A stretch of 64,000 nucleotides of DNA from NCBI RefSeq assembly GCF_963853765.1, contig NC_088855.1:47864001-47928000 (forward strand), read 5' to 3'. The position numbers were made by a program, and so were the translations under genes. The notes beneath the pieces were generated by a model. That model was not told where the DNA came from. It was given only the letters and a program-made list of their open reading frames with translations, and searched no databases. Every line of letters begins with the position of its first letter. The stretch's first letter is position 1. Shown in pieces: positions 60,056 through 64,000 of the stretch. This DNA comes from Magallana gigas. Taxonomy: Eukaryota.

Positions 60056-63000
60056 CTAGGACTTGTCCCAGCCATATCTCTGGACCATCCTTTGAAATGC
60101 TGCTCGGGCTTCAGACTGGGTGTATGCTGTGTTTGCATTGTTCAGGTCCAGCTGAGCGTTGGGGTCACTAAGAATCTCACATCTGATCTGTACTAAAATG
60201 TTCTGTACAAAAAAAAATGCACTGCCTGAGTTACTCCAAAAACAGCATATTCCAATGAAAATAGCAGAGAATTATAAATCCCTTTAATATTAATAAAAAG
60301 ACAATTGCAATCTATAGACCTATAGTTGAATATTTAAACATGGAATTACTTCTATATCGTTTGTTGGCGTCCATCCAGATTTTGTCAGCATTTCCATACA
60401 GATGGAACCTCCAATAGTCACATGACCTAATAGGTACAGAAGACGTAAATACTATTAACGTGTAAATTTCAATTGTTTCAAACAAATATACAATATGCCA
60501 AGAAAAATGTTTTCTGATACTAGCATATATTTGTTTTCTACACTACGTTTTACACAGTTTTTATGTGTTAATTTAGTTAAAAAGTTACCCAATGTATGGA
60601 GATTAATAAAAAACTTAAACTACTAATGAAAGACAATTTACCTGTAAGAAATTTAAATCGTGGAGTTGTAACCCTCACAAATGGTGGAGACATCGGATAA
60701 TCTGGTGGAAACATCATCTCTAAGTTAATGCAGGGCTGTAACAGACAGACAACATATCTATCAAACTGTAGTTTTAAAAGTTCTCGGTAATAACAGAAAA
60801 CAGGGCTGTAATAGACCATCATTAGTTAATACAGGGCTGTAATAGACCATCATTAGTTAATGCAGGGCTGTAACAGACAGATAACATATCTACTTGTAGG
60901 TAAGTACCCAGTCATAACAGAGAACAGGGCTGTAATAGACCATCATTAGTTAATACAGGGCTGTAATAGACCATCATTAGTTAATGCAGAGCTGTAACAG
61001 ACAAACAACATATCTATTTGTAGGTAAGTACCCAGTAATAACAGAGAACAGGGCTGTAATAGACCATCATTAGTTAATACAGGGCTGTAATAGACCATCA
61101 TTAGTTAATAAGGGCTGTAACAGACAGCAAACACATCTACATATAGCTAAGTACTCGGTAATAAGAGAGAAAAAGGCTGATATAGACCATCATCAGTAAA
61201 TATAGGGCCGTAATAGACCATCATTAGTTAATACAGGGCTGTAACAGACAGACAACTTATCTACATGTAGGTAAGTATCCGGTCATAACAGAGAACAAGG
61301 CTTTAAATGACCATCATTAGTTAATACAGGGCTGTAATAGACCATCATTAGTTAATACAGGGCTGTTATAGACCATCATTAGTTAAAACAGGGCTGTAAC
61401 AGACAGACAACATATCTACTTGTAGGTAAGTACCCAGTCATAACAGAGAACAGGGCTGTAATAGACTATCATTAGTTAATACAGGGCTGTAATAGACCAT
61501 CATTAGTTAATGCAGGGCTGTAACAGACAGACAACATATCTACTTGTAGGTAAGTATCCAGTCATAACAGAGAACAGAGCTGTAATAGACCATCATTAGT
61601 TAATGCAGGGCTGTAACAGACAGAAAATATATCTATTTGTAGGTAAGTACCCAGTCATAACAAAGAACAGGGCTGTAATAGACCATCATTAGTTAATACA
61701 GGGCTGTTATAGACCATCATTAGTTAATGCAGGGCTGTAACAGACAGAAAATATATCTATTTGTAGGTAAGTACCCAGTCATAACAGAGAACAGGGCTGT
61801 AATAGACTATCATTAGTTAATACAGGGCTGTAATAGACCATCATTAGTTAAAGCAGGGCTGTAACAGACAGACAACATATCTACTTGTAGGTAAGTACCC
61901 AGTCATAACAGAGAACAGGGCTGTAATAGACTATCATTAGTTAATACAGGGCTGTAATAGACCATCATTAGTTAATGCAGGGCTGTAACAGACAGATAAC
62001 ATATCTATTTGTAGGTAAGTATCCGGTCATTGCAGAGAACAAGGCTGTAAAAGACCATCATTAGTTAATACATGGCTGTAACAAGTAGAATAACATGTTC
62101 TCTTATAGAACAACATTTTCTAAGTAAAAAGTAATAGAAAGCTGTAACATATAGTATTACAACTGAATGTTATTATGTTCCACACTGTATCAGGCAGCAC
62201 ATGTAATTTCACTGTAGCCATAAATGAATCATGTAACGAAAGGCTGTAATGAACATTAAATCAGTGCTAGATTTTCACAGATCTTGCATCATCTTATTTA
62301 ATCTTATAGGACAACAACAAACACCAATATACCTAAAGATTTCTCTAGTTTTAAAACGCTGTAACTGACTGTACAACATCCTAAAGTACAGCTGTAACTG
62401 ACTGTACAACACCCTAAAGTACAGCTGTAACTGACTGTACAACATTCTAAAGTACAGGTGTAACTGACTGTACAACATCCTAAAGTACAGCTGTAACTGA
62501 CTGTACAACATTCTAAAGTACAGGTGTAACTGACTGTACAACATCCTAAAGTACAGGTGTAACTGACTGTACAACATCCTAAAGTACAGGTGTAACTGAC
62601 TGTACAACATCTTAAAGTACAGCTGTAACTGACTATACAACATCCTAAAGTACATGTCTGTATTAGAGAGAAAAATTCTCTAGAGACAACATGCATACAT
62701 GTATCTAGGTACAACATGTCAAGTTCTGTACTAGAAAGAAACAACATACATGTATTTATATATTTATGATTATGCGTATCAGAAAGAACAACATTTCAAG
62801 ATTCATACAAGGCTATGGCACAGTGCCTCATCTTAGTACAATAACAGCAAGAACAATGTATGTTGGTTGGTACAGGCCTCATACAGACAGATTTGTATCA
62901 CCTTATTAATATGAAGCAAAAATACAAAATAATAGAGAACATTTCTGACACAAGCTATCAATGCTTAAAAAACACTCAGAAATTTTTTTTTATGCCTGGT

Positions 63001-63461
63001 ACTCTAATTATTTAAAAAGAAATGAGAGAGGAAGTTCTTTACTGTTAAACCACAATATCAACATAAATAAAGTTTAACATTAATTATGTGGAAAATTATA
63101 TCCATTATTTATCATAACATGATAAATCCTAAATTTACCTCTGTGTTATGTCTCTTTGCAAATGTTTCAAGATCTTTTGAGAGTTTTGATTCTGGAATGT
63201 CTATAAGTTTTATATCCTGCAAGAAAAAAAAGTATTTTATAAATAATATTACACTTCTGCTATGTAGCAATGGTTCATATTCCCTGGTAATAAAGTTACT
63301 TCAATATTTCCCCAATATTATACAACTTCTTATATATCTACTAAAGTCATTAATGGTGGAAATAATTATGGTCTCATAACATACCCAGAGAAATAAATTA
63401 TCATTTCTAGGTCCTCCATCTAATCCAAACTTTTTCCCATCTTTTCTGAATGCTTTCAAAT
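60056..63461 (-). CDS. UBE2Q-like ubiquitin-conjugating enzyme E2, 3' part (5' exons not found in window)
   Basis: Exons 63461-63385 (DLKAFRKDGKKFGLDGGPRNDNLFLW), 63216-63139 (DIKLIDIPESKLSKDLETFAKRHNTE), 60735-60642 (PCINLEMMFPPDYPMSPPFVRVTTPRFKFLT), 60426-60350 (GHVTIGGSICMEMLTKSGWTPTNDIE, catalytic Cys) and 60202-60056 (NILVQIRCEIL...YTQSEARAAFQRMVQRYGWDKS*). Phases match. GGSIC in place of HPN...GxIC is typical of the UBE2Q group. Confidence 0.88.
60722..62085. repeat. 124-bp higher-order tandem array built on a 31-bp subrepeat
   Basis: gtaacagac occurs at 60738, 60870, 60994, 61117, 61241, 61396, 61520, 61613, 61737, 61861 and 61985 (mostly 124 apart, also 93 and 155). The subrepeat is cagggctgtaatagaccatcattagttaata. 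Confidence 0.95.
62357..62655. repeat. 33-bp minisatellite, ~9 copies
   Basis: Unit gctgtaactgactgtacaacatcctaaagtaca (the first base is c/g variable in cagctg/caggtg). Confidence 0.95.
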
Positions 63462-64000
63462 CTGCAATAAGTCACACCAAATTGTAACATTATTGGTTAT
63501 ATATTTAGAATTAATGGACATATCTTGCATGTTATGAAAGTATACATGTATAGTATGGTTATTTAAGCACTAAACTCTTTTGTGTTGAAGGTACGTGTTC
63601 ATCATACAAGAACATATATTAAAATGAGTACCGGGTACATTCGTACTTGTATTTTAATTCTTTTGATGACTGATGCTACTGTAGTGTGTATATACATATA
63701 TGAAGAATCTCTAATTACGTCTGCAACATTTTATGCTGCTTTATTGATGTCTGTAGTAACGAGATTTGTTAAAAAAAATAAAATATCCACAGGACCTATG
63801 CCTTGAACTTCCAAAAAACATATCCAATTAACAAAAATTCTAACACAAGTGAATTAATAAGGAATCAAATGTGATTATTTGATTGAAAAAAAACAAAACA
63901 TCAGTGTCTAGGGCTATCAGGTTATTTATCTTTTATAAGGTTTGAATTTGATTGTCTTGATAAAGAATCTAAGGGCCCTAAGTGTTTGTAACACAATGTT

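Noticed and set aside
60890-62025. Repeated ttgtAG|GTAAGT motif resembling recursive splice sites
   Set aside because: It is on the plus strand, antisense to the E2 gene, and no plus-strand gene is evident there.
60722-62085. CRISPR-like or coding interpretation of the 124-bp array
   Set aside because: The context is eukaryotic, there are no unique spacers or cas genes, and stops are frequent.
62275-62747. Two repetitive ORFs (MLYSQLHLYFR)n and (CTLGCCTVSY)n
   Set aside because: They are read-throughs of the 33-bp minisatellite inside the E2 intron, with no splice or start context.

Overview
AT-rich animal genomic DNA with spliceosomal introns. The repeat content and gene families suggest a bivalve, probably an oyster (inference). 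Left to right: an intronless otopetrin-family proton channel (+); a 9-exon secreted carboxylesterase with an intact Ser-Glu-His triad (+); a tandem cluster of small secreted PAN/apple-domain genes (-; two complete, one with a splice-phase problem, plus a deleted relic), which the ORF track shows only as fragments; three Toll-like receptor paralogs with single-exon CDS (-), the middle one a mosaic of its neighbours; and the last five coding exons of a UBE2Q-like E2 enzyme (-), one intron of which is an array of copies of its own 3' splice site. Intergenic and intronic DNA holds non-autonomous Helentron/Helitron elements, TTAA-flanked TIR elements, MITEs, an RTE-like LINE tail, microsatellites and one assembly gap. 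All exon models were built by hand from GT-AG sites and phase matching; no database searches were run.
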